NCBI GenBank assembly: GCA_964600785.1
Contig: CAZRKH010000005.1
Location: 4,317 to 68,316 of the forward strand
Length of the DNA stretch: 64,000 bases
Direction: 5' to 3'
Origin: an uncultured Chitinophagaceae bacterium
GTDB taxonomy: Bacteria > Planctomycetota > Planctomycetia > Pirellulales > UBA1268
Shown here: positions 30,904 through 41,100 of the stretch, piece after piece
Layout of the letters: the number at the start of each line of letters is the position of its first letter
How positions within the stretch are numbered: position 1 is the first letter of the stretch
Position numbers and translations under genes: made by a program
Notes under the pieces: generated by a model
What the model was told of the DNA's origin: nothing
Seen by the model: the letters and a program-made list of their open reading frames with translations, nothing else
Database searches by the model: none

Positions 30904-32019
30904 TCAATCGGGAGTTCCGCGGGCGATGCCGCGGCGGGGGGCGGCCGCGAGGAACCGCACGGCCGGCCCGAGTCGGCCCAGGAGTCTCTCGATTCGCGAG
31001 ACCACCGCTGCGGGCCGGGCAAACTCCCGCCGCTCTTCGACGACCCACCGCAGCCAGTTATCGAGCCCCAGAACGACCCCCGAGGCATGCAGCCAACCGA
31101 CGGCCTCCCGCTCGTCGGAAGAGAGTCCGCCACGGTATCCGGCGGCGGCGGCATAGGCATCCAGCGCGTCGGCATGACCCGCGGCTTCTGGCAGGCCCAA
31201 CTCCCAGTCGCCCAGGAGTCGTGCCAGGTCGCAGGCCACGCTGTCGAAACCCGCGGCATGGTAGTCGATCAGCCCCACGACACGGGATGGCTTTCCCGGG
31301 GATGTCTCATCAGCGAAGAGCACATGCTCGGCGGTGCAATCGCGAAGCACCACCTGACGAACCTCGAGTGCGGGGGGGTCTTCGGCAATGCGGCGGACCG
31401 CCTGCTCAACCAGCGGCCGCATCGCCGCCTCCGCCGCGGCCAACTGCCGCCAAATGCCGCCGGCACGCTCGAGTCGTGCCGGCCAGGGATCGGCAAGGAT
31501 TGCGGCCGCTCGCTGCGGGCGATACACCGCTGCCGGGGGCGGACCGGCGGGCGGCAGGGCGGTCAAGTCGGCGACCGCCCGGTGGACCGCCGCGACCGCC
31601 TGGATCGCGGCGATCACCTCCGCAGGCCGCGGCCGCAGCCGCGGACGACCCTCGATCCAGGAGAGCATCTCCCAGTGCCGGCCGTCCGCCGCGACGAACA
31701 CGCTGCCCCCGCCGGGGTGTTCCACGGGCCGCGGAACGATCGATCCGCTGCCGGAGGCATGCCGCAGTATCCGGTGTACCCACTCCGCCCGCCGGAGGTC
31801 GTAGCCGGGCGGGAACGCCTTCACCAGCCAGACCCCGCCGCAGGCAGGGCCCGAGCTGAGCTGCACCCGAAACGCGGCACCGCCACTGAAGCCGCCGGCG
31901 AGCGGCTCGAGCAGCACCGCAGCCTCCTGAATGCGGAGATAGCCGGCCGCCACGCGGCGTGCCTGCGTGGCCGTTTCAGTCGCTCGGCTGCCGTGAAAAT
32001 GGTTCGGATTGGAGGGCAT
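30904..32019 (-). CDS. Phosphotransferase-family (APH / choline-kinase-like) protein
   Basis: Start at MPSNPNHF. LEPLAGGFSGGAAFRV (Gly-rich loop), WLVKAF, and VVGLIDYHAAGFDSVACDLARLL (the D-x-D region of APH-type kinases). Confidence 0.7.
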   Translation of the reverse strand: MPSNPNHFHGSRATETATQARRVAAGYLRIQEAAVLLEPLAGGFSGGAAFRVQLSSGPACGGVWLVKAFPPGYDLRRAEWVHRILRHASGSGSIVPRPVEHPGGGSVFVAADGRHWEMLSWIEGRPRLRPRPAEVIAAIQAVAAVHRAVADLTALPPAGPPPAAVYRPQRAAAILADPWPARLERAGGIWRQLAAAEAAMRPLVEQAVRRIAEDPPALEVRQVVLRDCTAEHVLFADETSPGKPSRVVGLIDYHAAGFDSVACDLARLLGDWELGLPEAAGHADALDAYAAAAGYRGGLSSDEREAVGWLHASGVVLGLDNWLRWVVEERREFARPAAVVSRIERLLGRLGPAVRFLAAAPRRGIARGTPD

Positions 32020-32141
32020 GAGCGGGTAATGACGACTCGGAAAACGGGTTCGCTCCGAAGATTGGTGCCGTCGCGAGGGCGATGGTACCTTGCAAGTTCC
32101 GGCCCACGGCCGAGTCAGAACCCTTTCACGGAGCGTAGGCG

Positions 32142-34916
32142 ATGTCGAACTCTTCGAGCGTGTCGAGTCTTCCGGGTTCATCCGCTGCCCGGCAAGGCCT
32201 GCCTGTGCGGCTCTCCGGCGCGGCGGGATCGCTGGTGGTCGCCCTGCTCGCCGCGGCGATCGCGGTGCTGGTCCTGGTAATCCCGGCCGCCGCCGAAGAG
32301 CAGGCCGCCGAGGCAAAGCCGACGCCGGCTGCCGACGACAAGAGTGAGAACGACGACAAGGCGAGCAGCGGCTCGAAAGCAGCCGCCTCCGGCCTGCGTG
32401 GGAAGTATTCGTCGCTTGTCGAGGATGCCACCACCCTGAAAGGCCTGCTCACGCTCTACCGCAAGGATGACGCGGTGTATGCCGAAATTCCCAAGGCGAT
32501 GCTCGGGCGGGAGTTTTTCGTGCTCATCTCGATCGCCCGCGGGATCGGCGAACGCTCCCTGCTCGGCGGCATGAGCTGGGGCAGCGGCGATGACTGGGTC
32601 TGGGAGTTCCGCAAGGTCGACGACACGATCCACGTCGTGCGGCGGAACGTGCGATTTTTCGCCGACAAGGGAAGCCCCGAGGCGAAGGCGGTCGACCTCG
32701 CCTACACCGACAGCGTGCTCTACAGCGTGCCGATCGCGGCCACGAGCCCCTCGGGCGGCCAGCTGATCGATCTTTCCAAGATCTTCTTCACCGACCTGCC
32801 CCGGATCTCGGCCCGACTGCCGGGCTTCTCTTTCGCCAAGGATCGCACCACCTGGGCGAGCGTGAAGGCCTTCGACGACAACGTTGAGATCGAGGTCGCC
32901 GCCACCTACGGCTCCAACGGTTCGATGACGATCGACACCGTGCCCGACAGCCGAGGTGCGACGGTCAACGTGCACTACTCGCTGAGCCTGCTCCCGCAGA
33001 ACGATTACACACCGCGGCTGGCCGACGATCGCGTGGGCTACTTCGTGACCGCGCTGAAAGACTTTTCACAGGATGTCGAGGAGGACCGCTTCGTTCGCTA
33101 CATCAACCGCTGGCAGCTGGAGAAGGCCGACCCCGATGCCGAGGTCTCGCCGCCGAAGAAGCCGATCGTGTTTTGGATCGAGAAGACCGTGCCCTTCGAA
33201 TACCGGCAGCCGATCCGCAGCGGGATCGAAGCCTGGAACGAGGCCTTCGAGAAGGCCGGCTTCGCGACCGCAATCGAGGTTCGCCAGCAGCCCGAGGCCA
33301 CCGACTGGGACCCCGAAGATGTCAACTACAACACCTTTCGCTGGATCACATCAGGCGCCGGCTTCGCCATGGGGCCCTCCCGCGTGAACCCGCGAACCGG
33401 CCAGATTCTCGATGCCGACATCATCTTCGACGCCGACTTTCTGCAGTTTTGGCGGACCCAATACGAGACCTTCACCCCTGCGGCGTCCACTTCCGGCGAG
33501 CGGCTGTTGCTCGCGGCCGGCGGCCATCGGCGGTGCACCGACGACGGCTGCGGCATGGGAGCCTGCCGGCTCTTCGAGGGCCATGCCCGGGAGACGGCCA
33601 TCGCCGCGGCGGCAATCCAGGCGCTCAGGCCGGCGGGGATCTCCGAGAAGGAAAAAGAGAAGCTCGTGCGACAAGGGCTCGAACTCGTGGCGATGCACGA
33701 GGTCGGCCATACGCTCGGCCTGCGGCACAACTTCAAGGGCAGTGCCCACCTTTCGCTCGCCGAGATCAATGACGTCAGCAAGACGAACGAGTCGGGGGCC
33801 TCCACGAGTGTGATGGACTACCTGCCGGCGAACATCATGCCCACCGGCCGCACCCAGGGAAACTACTACACGCCGCGGCTTGGCGGTTACGACCTGTGGG
33901 CCATCGAATACGGCTACAAGCCGCTGCCCGGCGGCACGCAGGCCGAGCGGGAGGCGCTGGAAAAAATCGCCTCCCGCAGCGGCGAGCCGCTGCTCGCGTA
34001 CGCCACCGATGAAGATACCGAAAGCGACGATCCCGATCCGTTCTCCAACCGCTTCGACCTCGGCAAGGATCCGCTGGAGTTTGCCAGGGTGCGGGCGGAA
34101 CTGGTCGCCGAAGTGATGCCGCTTTTTGCCGATCGGCTCGCCGAGAGCGGCGGGTACAAGCGGGTTCGGCAGGCCTTTGGCGTTTTGCTCGCCGCCCATG
34201 GCCGAGCGATGCAGATCGCGGCCCGGCTGGTTGGCGGGCTGGAAACATCCCGCAGCCACAAGAGTGATCCCACGGCCCCGCCACCCTTCCGCGTGATTCC
34301 GGCCGAGACCCAGCGGGAGGCGGTAACACTGCTTGAAAAGCAGCTCTTCGGCACCGAGCCCTTCGACTTCCCGCCCGAACTCTACAACCAGCTGGCCACC
34401 ACGCCCTGGCTGCACTGGGGCATGTCAAACAGCTCGCGGGCCGACTACCCGGTCCACGATGTGATTCTCTCCTGGCAGGAACGGGTGCTCGACGACCTGC
34501 TCTCCCCGCTGACCCTCTCGCGGATCATCGACAACGAACTGAAGGTCCCGGCCGACGAGGATGCCTTCACCGCCGCTGAGCTGATGGACCGGCTGACCGC
34601 GGCGATCATCGGCAATCCGGCCACGCTCGAGAAGGGCGACTACACCACCCGCAAGCCTGCGATCCCCAGCCTGCGGAGGGCCCTGCAGCGGGCCTATCTT
34701 GCGAGGCTCTCGGCGATTGCCCTCGGCCGCACCTCCGCCCCGGCTGACTGCGAGGCGCTCGCCTCCTCGCAGCTGCGACAACTGCTCGCGATGCTTGACG
34801 ACGCGCTCGGTCGCGAGGATCTCAAGCTCGATGCCTATTCCCGGGCCCACCTCGAGGAGGCCCGCGACCGGATCGACCGGGTGCTCGACGCCGACATCCT
34901 CCAGGCCCGGCCATAG
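32142..34916 (+). CDS. Secreted zinc-dependent metalloprotease (HExxH, large multi-domain)
   Basis: N-terminal transmembrane/signal segment (LVVALLAAAIAVLVLVIPAAA). The zinc site is AMHEVGHTLGLRHNF followed by SVMDY. Size and layout resemble the DUF4953/DUF5117-type metalloproteases, recalled from memory. Confidence 0.85.
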   Translation: MSNSSSVSSLPGSSAARQGLPVRLSGAAGSLVVALLAAAIAVLVLVIPAAAEEQAAEAKPTPAADDKSENDDKASSGSKAAASGLRGKYSSLVEDATTLKGLLTLYRKDDAVYAEIPKAMLGREFFVLISIARGIGERSLLGGMSWGSGDDWVWEFRKVDDTIHVVRRNVRFFADKGSPEAKAVDLAYTDSVLYSVPIAATSPSGGQLIDLSKIFFTDLPRISARLPGFSFAKDRTTWASVKAFDDNVEIEVAATYGSNGSMTIDTVPDSRGATVNVHYSLSLLPQNDYTPRLADDRVGYFVTALKDFSQDVEEDRFVRYINRWQLEKADPDAEVSPPKKPIVFWIEKTVPFEYRQPIRSGIEAWNEAFEKAGFATAIEVRQQPEATDWDPEDVNYNTFRWITSGAGFAMGPSRVNPRTGQILDADIIFDADFLQFWRTQYETFTPAASTSGERLLLAAGGHRRCTDDGCGMGACRLFEGHARETAIAAAAIQALRPAGISEKEKEKLVRQGLELVAMHEVGHTLGLRHNFKGSAHLSLAEINDVSKTNESGASTSVMDYLPANIMPTGRTQGNYYTPRLGGYDLWAIEYGYKPLPGGTQAEREALEKIASRSGEPLLAYATDEDTESDDPDPFSNRFDLGKDPLEFARVRAELVAEVMPLFADRLAESGGYKRVRQAFGVLLAAHGRAMQIAARLVGGLETSRSHKSDPTAPPPFRVIPAETQREAVTLLEKQLFGTEPFDFPPELYNQLATTPWLHWGMSNSSRADYPVHDVILSWQERVLDDLLSPLTLSRIIDNELKVPADEDAFTAAELMDRLTAAIIGNPATLEKGDYTTRKPAIPSLRRALQRAYLARLSAIALGRTSAPADCEALASSQLRQLLAMLDDALGREDLKLDAYSRAHLEEARDRIDRVLDADILQARP

Positions 34917-34974
34917 CGGCCGCCGACCGCCTGCCGCACGGGGCGGTCCACGGCAGATCGGGAAGCCCGCGACC

Positions 34975-35283
34975 ATGAAGCTGATCATTGCCGACGTGCC
35001 ACCGCCGCGGCTCGAGGCGGTCCGCCAGGCGCTCGCGGAGCTGCAGGTGACCCGCATGTCGATTGCCGACGCCCACGGCTACGCGATGGCCGAGTCCGGC
35101 GAGCGGATCACGAGGCGGGTGGTGCTCGAGATCGCGGTCAACGATGACTTTCTGGAGCGGACCGTGGCCACGATTTCCGCAGCCCTCGAGCCGGCTGTCG
35201 CGGCGGGCGGCGGTCTGTTCGTGCTGCCGATCGATGAGTCGGTGCAGCTCTATCGCGGCGTCCGCGGTCCCGAGGCTGTGTAG
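34975..35283 (+). CDS. P-II-like (GlnB-fold) small protein with shortened T-loop
   Basis: MKLIIADVPPPRLEAVRQALAELQVTRMSIADAHGY...VVLEIAVNDDFLERTVATI...GGLFVLPIDESVQLYRG aligns by eye with the GlnB pattern MKKIEAIIKPFKLDDVREAL...GMTV..V.G.G...KIEIVV.D......I......G.GDGKIFV..V...IRIRTGE. The loop between strands is about 12 aa shorter. Confidence 0.6.
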   Translation: MKLIIADVPPPRLEAVRQALAELQVTRMSIADAHGYAMAESGERITRRVVLEIAVNDDFLERTVATISAALEPAVAAGGGLFVLPIDESVQLYRGVRGPEAV

Positions 35284-35335
35284 CCGGTTCGCTGTTGGCC
35301 AATCGGGCGGCGGTGTGGTACGACCCCCCTTGGCC

Positions 35336-35722
35336 ATGGAAGACTCCACACATCCGCCGACGACCGTTCGCATCCTGCTCGTCTCACCAGACCTGATGCT
35401 CACCAGCCGTGTGGCCGGTCTCGCCCGCGATCTGCCCGCCCGGGTGGATACGCTGCGGTCGCTGGAGGCCGAGCCATCCGGCGGCCCCTATGACCTCGTC
35501 CTGCTCGACACCGGTTCGATCCAGGGCGATCCGGCGGTGATGCTCACGCGGATCCGGGCGATCCTGGGCAGCTCGCCGGCACCAATCGCCGCCTTTGGCC
35601 CTCATGTCCACCGCGACCGGCTGGCCCAGGCCCGCGACGCGGGGGCCGACCATGTGGTCAGCCGTGGTGAACTGCTCGGGGGCTTCACGCCGCTGGTGAC
35701 CCGCTGGTGCCGCCCGAGCTGA
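35336..35722 (+). CDS. Receiver-like (pseudo-receiver) domain protein
   Basis: VRILLVSPDLMLTSRV...YDLVLLDTG...IAAFGPH has receiver-like beta-alpha periodicity. One acidic pocket residue and the conserved Lys are not evident. Confidence 0.45.
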   Translation: MEDSTHPPTTVRILLVSPDLMLTSRVAGLARDLPARVDTLRSLEAEPSGGPYDLVLLDTGSIQGDPAVMLTRIRAILGSSPAPIAAFGPHVHRDRLAQARDAGADHVVSRGELLGGFTPLVTRWCRPS

Positions 35723-35745
35723 TGGGGGCCAAGACTGCGGGCCAC

Positions 35746-36951
35746 TCAGCCCGCCTCGCCGGGGAGTTCATCGAGCACGACCTCGTCGAGTTCGGTGCCA
35801 TCGACCGCCTGCCGCAGCAGGAGATAGCCCGCGGTCACCACCGACCAGAAATAGCCCCAGCCAAAGGAGCCCAGGAGCGTCTCCACGCAGCGATGCCAGA
35901 AGACAAGGGCCCGCAGGCCCACCCCGGCCTGCCGGCTGCCGCCCGCCAGGCCGTCGGAAAGGCCGCCGAGCAGTTCGGCGGTCCGCTCGTGGCCCATGCC
36001 AAAGCTCGTGGCCCACACGGCAAGGGTCGTGGTGGCGTCGGCAAACAGACCCGCCGCGAAAAGTGCCGGCACGAAAACCACTGCCGCCACCGTCGTGTAG
36101 AAGGCGACATGCAGCGGCCGCTGGTAGAGATAGGAGAACGCCGTCGAGATCGCCTGGAAGGCATCACCCCGCTCGACGCCGACCGCCGCCACCATCAGCG
36201 GCCAGCCGGCAACCAGCCCGACCACGAGAATTGCCAGCACCAGTGATCCCAAGAGCACCAGCGGCCAGAGAAAGCCCGCCAAGGCGAGGCCCCAGTCGGT
36301 CCGCATCGCCAGGCCAAGCACCGCGCCGGGCACCGAGAGCAGCAGCACGCCGAGCAACACGAAGGCCATGGCGTTGAAACTCGAGGGCCACTTGCGGGCC
36401 CCGAAACCGATCGCCCCGAGAAAGCCGGGCTGCTCCTCGCCGACGAGCTTGACCGCCACCTGCCGGGTGATCGCGGTTCCGAAAACGGCCCAGACCAGCA
36501 CGACCCACACGATTCGCAGTGTGCTGCCGCCCGCCTCGGCCAGGCTGGCGGTTGGGAGGAAGGGCGTGGCCACGACCATCGCCACCGAGGCCAAGGGGGC
36601 CGGCAGTCGCCCGAGCAGGCCGCTTGCGTCGGGCAAGGCCCGCCGTGAAGGCATCACCGCAGGCGAGGATGTCTCGGGAAAGGCGATCGCCTCGGGACTC
36701 GACTCAATGATCAGCTCCATCGCCGGATCGACCGCGGCAGTACCCGCCAGACCGAGGGAATCGGCAATCGAAAGGCCGGCCCAGGTGGCCAGTCCCCCGA
36801 GGGCCGCCAACAGGATCACCGTCGGCGAGAAGGCCGCCCCGGCGGCTCGAAAGAGAATCCACCAGGGCAGGGCGTCGGCCCAGTGGACCTCGTGGACGGG
36901 CTGGCCGATCACCGCGGCGGCGTGATCGGGGGGCGGGGATGCTTCGCTCAT
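35746..36951 (-). CDS. Polytopic membrane protein, unknown function
   Basis: Start at MSEASPPPD. There are at least 7 long hydrophobic segments (e.g. VILLAALGGLATWAGL, IVWVVLVWAVFGTAI, FVLLGVLLLSVPGAVLGLA, LVLLGSLVLAILVVGLVAGWPLMVAAV). Confidence 0.65.
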   Translation of the reverse strand: MSEASPPPDHAAAVIGQPVHEVHWADALPWWILFRAAGAAFSPTVILLAALGGLATWAGLSIADSLGLAGTAAVDPAMELIIESSPEAIAFPETSSPAVMPSRRALPDASGLLGRLPAPLASVAMVVATPFLPTASLAEAGGSTLRIVWVVLVWAVFGTAITRQVAVKLVGEEQPGFLGAIGFGARKWPSSFNAMAFVLLGVLLLSVPGAVLGLAMRTDWGLALAGFLWPLVLLGSLVLAILVVGLVAGWPLMVAAVGVERGDAFQAISTAFSYLYQRPLHVAFYTTVAAVVFVPALFAAGLFADATTTLAVWATSFGMGHERTAELLGGLSDGLAGGSRQAGVGLRALVFWHRCVETLLGSFGWGYFWSVVTAGYLLLRQAVDGTELDEVVLDELPGEAG

Positions 36952-37059
36952 GAGGGGTCTCCAACGGCAGGTTCGTCTCCCTCGTCCCCGGCGGACGGGC
37001 TTGGGGGGAGTATACGGCGCGGCCGGGATTTCGCGAGGAGCCCGCAGAAGCACCCGCAG

Positions 37060-37278
37060 CTAGTCGCCGGCGGTCTCATCCGTCGATGGGGAGTCGTCGC
37101 GAAAGGCCGGCGGCGGCTCCTCATCATCATCGTCACCGTCACGACCCACCGCCGGCACGCCGTAGCCCTCCTCCAACCAGCGACCGAGATCGACCAGCCG
37201 GCACCGCTCGCAGCAGAAGGGGGGCGTTTCCAGCGCCGCGAGCACCACCGGCTTATGACAGACAGGACAGGAGGGCAT
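37060..37278 (-). CDS. yacG: YacG-type zinc-finger protein (DNA gyrase inhibitor family) with acidic tail
   Basis: MPSCPVCHKPV...PPFCCERCRLVDLGRWL matches the YacG pattern C-P-x-C ... PFCS-x-RC-x-x-[IV]DLG-x-W. Confidence 0.75.
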   Translation of the reverse strand: MPSCPVCHKPVVLAALETPPFCCERCRLVDLGRWLEEGYGVPAVGRDGDDDDEEPPPAFRDDSPSTDETAGD

Positions 37279-37333
37279 CGATCACCTCACAGAGCACGCA
37301 AACCGGGCCGCAAACGAATACCGACCGCGCGGC

Positions 37334-37651
37334 TCACGAGTCGGCCGGCTTCGGCTGCGGCTTGGCATCGGACCCCTTCGATCCACCGTCAGACTTGCCA
37401 TCGGAGCCACCCTTCGCCCCGCCGGCCTTGCCGCCGGAGTCGGCCGCCGCCTGCTTCTTGTAGGAATCGCTGCGGTAGTCGGTGGTGTAAAAGCCGGAGC
37501 CTTTGAACATGATCGCGGCACCCGGCCCGATCAGGCGACGGAGCTTTTTCTTACCACATTCCGGACAGGTACGCTTGACCTTGTCGGTGATCGACTGGAA
37601 GAGTTCGAAGGCATGACCGCAGGCATCGCAGACATAGTCGTAGGTGGGCAT
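37334..37651 (-). CDS. FmdB-family zinc-ribbon protein
   Basis: MPTYDYVCDACGHAFELFQSITD...CPECG is the CxxC...CxxC FmdB/'putative regulatory protein' signature. Its ATG overlaps the grpE stop (TGATG). Confidence 0.85.
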   Translation of the reverse strand: MPTYDYVCDACGHAFELFQSITDKVKRTCPECGKKKLRRLIGPGAAIMFKGSGFYTTDYRSDSYKKQAAADSGGKAGGAKGGSDGKSDGGSKGSDAKPQPKPADS

Positions 37652-38208
37652 CAGCTGTCAGACTCCTTGGCCACGATCACCTGCGCCGGCCGCACCACGC
37701 GGTCGTGCAGGCAGTATCCCCGGTTGGTGACTCCCACGACCTGGCCGGCCGGCACGCCCGGCACGGCCTGCTGCAACACCGCGTCGTGAACCGCGGGGTC
37801 AAAGGCCGCCCCCTCGGTCTCGATCGGCTTGCAGCCGTGGCTTTCGAGCAGCTTCTCAATCTGCTGGGCCGTCATCCGAAAGCCGTTGAGCAGACTCTCG
37901 GTGTCGGTGGAGTTTTCGGCCGCCTCGATGGCCCGCAGCATGTTGTCGTGCACCGGCAGGAGGTCGCGGAGCAGGTCGATCTCCCGATAGCGAAGGGCTT
38001 CCTCGAGTTCACGCCGCGAACGCTTGCGGAAATTGTCGAGTTCGGCCTGCACCCGCAGCAGCCGCTCCTCCGCCTTCTCGAGTTTGCGGGCGAGCCGGTC
38101 GGGCTGCCCGCCCGGCTCCACCTCCTGCCCGGCAGCCTCTTCCTGCCCGGCAAACTCGATCTCCCCGGCATCGATCCCTTCGGCGTCGTGGTCGTCGTGG
38201 CTCGTCAT
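37651..38208 (-). CDS. grpE: Nucleotide exchange factor GrpE
   Basis: RVQAELDNFRKRSRRELEEALRY...LLPVHDNMLRAI...G...I...G..FDP..H.A is the typical GrpE pattern. Confidence 0.95.
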   Translation of the reverse strand: MTSHDDHDAEGIDAGEIEFAGQEEAAGQEVEPGGQPDRLARKLEKAEERLLRVQAELDNFRKRSRRELEEALRYREIDLLRDLLPVHDNMLRAIEAAENSTDTESLLNGFRMTAQQIEKLLESHGCKPIETEGAAFDPAVHDAVLQQAVPGVPAGQVVGVTNRGYCLHDRVVRPAQVIVAKESDS

Positions 38209-39351
38209 CTACGCTGTCTCCTCGGGATTCTCCCGTGGCTGAAAATAGTCCTTGAGCCTCTCAAAAAAGCTCGTCCGTTTCGGTGAGACATTCGCCTGCT
38301 CCTCGTCGGCGAGTTCCCGAAGCAGCTCCTCGGCACGCGGCGAAAGCGTTTTCGGCACCTCGATGTGAATCTGCACGACGAGGTCGCCCACGCCGCGGCC
38401 GCGAACCTCCGGCATTCCCAGACCCCGCATCCGCAGTGTGGCATCACTCTGAGTTCCGGCGGGAATCTCCAGCGGCTTGGTGCCGCCGAGTGTCGGCACC
38501 TCGATCGTACCTCCCAGAGCCGCCTGGCTGAAGGTGATCGGCACCTCACACAGCAGGTCCTTGCCATGGCGGTGCAGGAAAGGATGCTCCTCGACCTCGA
38601 TCACGCAGTAGCAGTCGCCCGGCGGGCCGCCGGCCGAGCCCGGCTCCCCTTCACCCGCGAGCCGCACCCGCACGTCCTCGTCGACACCCGCGGGAATGGT
38701 CACCTTCCGCTCGACACGCTCCTCGACAAGACCCTGCCCGCGGCAGGCCGGGCACTTCTGTCGCACGATCCGGCCGGCACCCCTGCAGGCCGGGCAGGTG
38801 GTCTGCATCCGGAACATGCCGGCCGACTGGATCACCTGGCCCTGGCCGCCACAGTAGTCGCACGGCTCGGGGGAGGTGCCCCGCCGGGCGCCGGATCCCT
38901 CGCAGTCGCCGCAGGTTTCGTGCCGCGTGAAGACGACCTGCTTGACGGCGCCCTCGGCCGCCTCCTCGAGCGAGAGCCGAATCTCGCAGAACACGTCCTT
39001 GCCCTTGCGGGGCCTGGTTCCGCGGCGGCGTCCTCCGAACGCTTCGCCGAAAATGCCACCTCCGAAGAGTTCTCCAAAGGCGTCGAAGATGTCGGAGATG
39101 TCGTTGAAGTCGTGGGTGCCGCCCTGCAGCCCGGCATGGCCGTAGCGATCGTAGCGGCCCCTCAGCGACGGGTCGGAGAGCACCTCGAAGGCCCGGGCCG
39201 CCTCCTTGAAGCGGTCGGCCGCCTCGGCGTTGCCGGGATTGCGGTCCGGGTGGTACCGCATCGCGAGTTGGCGGTAGGCGTTGGTGATCTCCTCCGACGA
39301 TGCCCGCCGCTCGATCCCGAGCACCTCGTAGTAGTCACGCTCCTGGGCCAT
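38209..39351 (-). CDS. dnaJ: Molecular chaperone DnaJ (type I)
   Basis: J-domain DYYEVLGI...YRQLAMRYHPDRNPG, a G/F region, and four CxxCxGxG zinc motifs (CGDCEGSG, CDYCGGQG, CPACRGAG, CPACRGQG). Confidence 0.95.
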   Translation of the reverse strand: MAQERDYYEVLGIERRASSEEITNAYRQLAMRYHPDRNPGNAEAADRFKEAARAFEVLSDPSLRGRYDRYGHAGLQGGTHDFNDISDIFDAFGELFGGGIFGEAFGGRRRGTRPRKGKDVFCEIRLSLEEAAEGAVKQVVFTRHETCGDCEGSGARRGTSPEPCDYCGGQGQVIQSAGMFRMQTTCPACRGAGRIVRQKCPACRGQGLVEERVERKVTIPAGVDEDVRVRLAGEGEPGSAGGPPGDCYCVIEVEEHPFLHRHGKDLLCEVPITFSQAALGGTIEVPTLGGTKPLEIPAGTQSDATLRMRGLGMPEVRGRGVGDLVVQIHIEVPKTLSPRAEELLRELADEEQANVSPKRTSFFERLKDYFQPRENPEETA

Positions 39352-39391
39352 GCCATCTCACGCCTTTCCCCGGCGATCCCGGCGAGCCGTC

Positions 39392-41011
39392 TCAGCGGAC
39401 ACTCCCCTCGATCCGATGCTTCTTGAGGTCATCCTTCTCGAGGTTCGTCACAAGGGCCTCGGTGGTAAGCATCAGCCCCGCGATGCTCGCGGCATTGGTA
39501 AGGGCCACTCGCACCACCTTCACCGGATCGATGATGCCCGCCTTGAGCATGTCGACATACTCGCCGGTATTGGCGTCGAAGCCGACATTCTTCTCCTTGC
39601 GGGCCACCTCGTCGGCGACCACGGAGCCGTCGATCCCGCCGTTGGAGGCAATCTGGCGGATCGGGGCCTCCAGCGCCTTGAGCACGATGTTCACACCGGT
39701 CCGCTCGTCCCCCTTGGCCTGGGAGGCCGCCTTTTGCACAGCGTCGCGGCACCGCACGAGGGCCACACCGCCTCCCGGCACGATGCCCTCTTCGACGGCC
39801 GCCCGCGTGGCATGCAGGGCATCCTCGACGCGGGCCTTCTTCTGCTTCATCTCGGCCTCGGTGCCGGCACCGACCGACACGATCGCCACGCCACCGGTGA
39901 GCTTGGCAAGCCGCTCCTGGAGCTTCTCGCGGTCGTAATCGCTCTCGGTCGCCTCGATCTGGTTGCGAATCTGCTGCACCCTCGCCTGCACGTCAGACGC
40001 CTTGCCCGCGCCTTCGACGATGGTGGTCTCGTTCTTGTCGACCGTCACGGTCTTGGCCGTGCCGAGCTGGGAGAGCTCGATGTTCTCCAGCTTGATCCCG
40101 AGGTCCTCGCTGAGCAGCGTGCCGCCGGTGAGCGTTGCAATGTCGCCGAGCATCGCCTTGCGGCGGTCGCCAAATCCGGGCGCTTTGGCCACGCAGACAT
40201 TCAGCACGCCACGAAGCTTGTTGACCACGAGTGCCGTCAGGGCATCGCCGTCGACATCCTCGGCGATGATCAACAGCGGCTTGGCCGCCTGGGCGACCTT
40301 TTCGAGAAGTGGCACGAGGTCGCGGAGGCTGGAGATCTTCTTTTCGTGGATCAGGATCAGTGGGTCGGTGAAATGGCAGTCCATCTCCGCCGGCCTGTTG
40401 ATGAAGTAGGGGGACACATAACCCTTGTCGAACTGCATGCCGTCGACGAATCGAACGGTGGTCTCGGTGGTCTTTCCCTCCTCGACGGTAATCACACCGT
40501 CTTTGCCGACCTTCTGCAGGGCCTCGGCAAGCAGGTCGCCGATCGTGCGATCGTTGTTGGCGCTGATCGCGCCAACCTGAGCCACCTCCTCGGGCCGGTC
40601 GACCGGCTTGGCGATCTCGATGAGATGCCCCACGGCCGCGGCCACGCCCTTTTCGATGCCGCGGCGGACGGCGGTGGGATTGCTGCCCGCGGCCACCAGC
40701 CGGGTGCCCTCGCGGAAGACCTCGCGGGCGAGCACGGTGGCGGTGGTCGTTCCGTCACCGGCGAGGTCGGAAGTCTTGCTGGCGACCTCGTTGACGAGTT
40801 TGGCACCCATGTTTTCGAAGCGGTCTTCGAGATCGACCTCCTTGCTGACCGTCACGCCGTCTTTGGTGACCGTCGGCCCGCCGAACGACTTGTCGATGAT
40901 CACATTGTGACCGGTGGGACCCATCGTCACTGCGACGGCATCGGCGAGTTTCTCGACACCCTTGAGCAGTTTGCCGCGGGCGAAGTCTTCGAAGAGCAGT
41001 TGCTTGGACAC
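39392..41011 (-). CDS. groL: Chaperonin GroEL paralog lacking the GGM tail
   Basis: [21 protein letters not shown] and [36 protein letters not shown]. It ends ...[16 protein letters not shown]. Confidence 0.95.
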   Translation of the reverse strand: MSKQLLFEDFARGKLLKGVEKLADAVAVTMGPTGHNVIIDKSFGGPTVTKDGVTVSKEVDLEDRFENMGAKLVNEVASKTSDLAGDGTTTATVLAREVFREGTRLVAAGSNPTAVRRGIEKGVAAAVGHLIEIAKPVDRPEEVAQVGAISANNDRTIGDLLAEALQKVGKDGVITVEEGKTTETTVRFVDGMQFDKGYVSPYFINRPAEMDCHFTDPLILIHEKKISSLRDLVPLLEKVAQAAKPLLIIAEDVDGDALTALVVNKLRGVLNVCVAKAPGFGDRRKAMLGDIATLTGGTLLSEDLGIKLENIELSQLGTAKTVTVDKNETTIVEGAGKASDVQARVQQIRNQIEATESDYDREKLQERLAKLTGGVAIVSVGAGTEAEMKQKKARVEDALHATRAAVEEGIVPGGGVALVRCRDAVQKAASQAKGDERTGVNIVLKALEAPIRQIASNGGIDGSVVADEVARKEKNVGFDANTGEYVDMLKAGIIDPVKVVRVALTNAASIAGLMLTTEALVTNLEKDDLKKHRIEGSVR

Positions 41012-41100
41012 GTCGTGGTTCTCCTGAATTCTCGCCGCCTCATGGCGGCTGCGTGTGGTCGCCCGGCGGGCGGTTTGGGGGGGACGTCCTCTCGGTGCGG

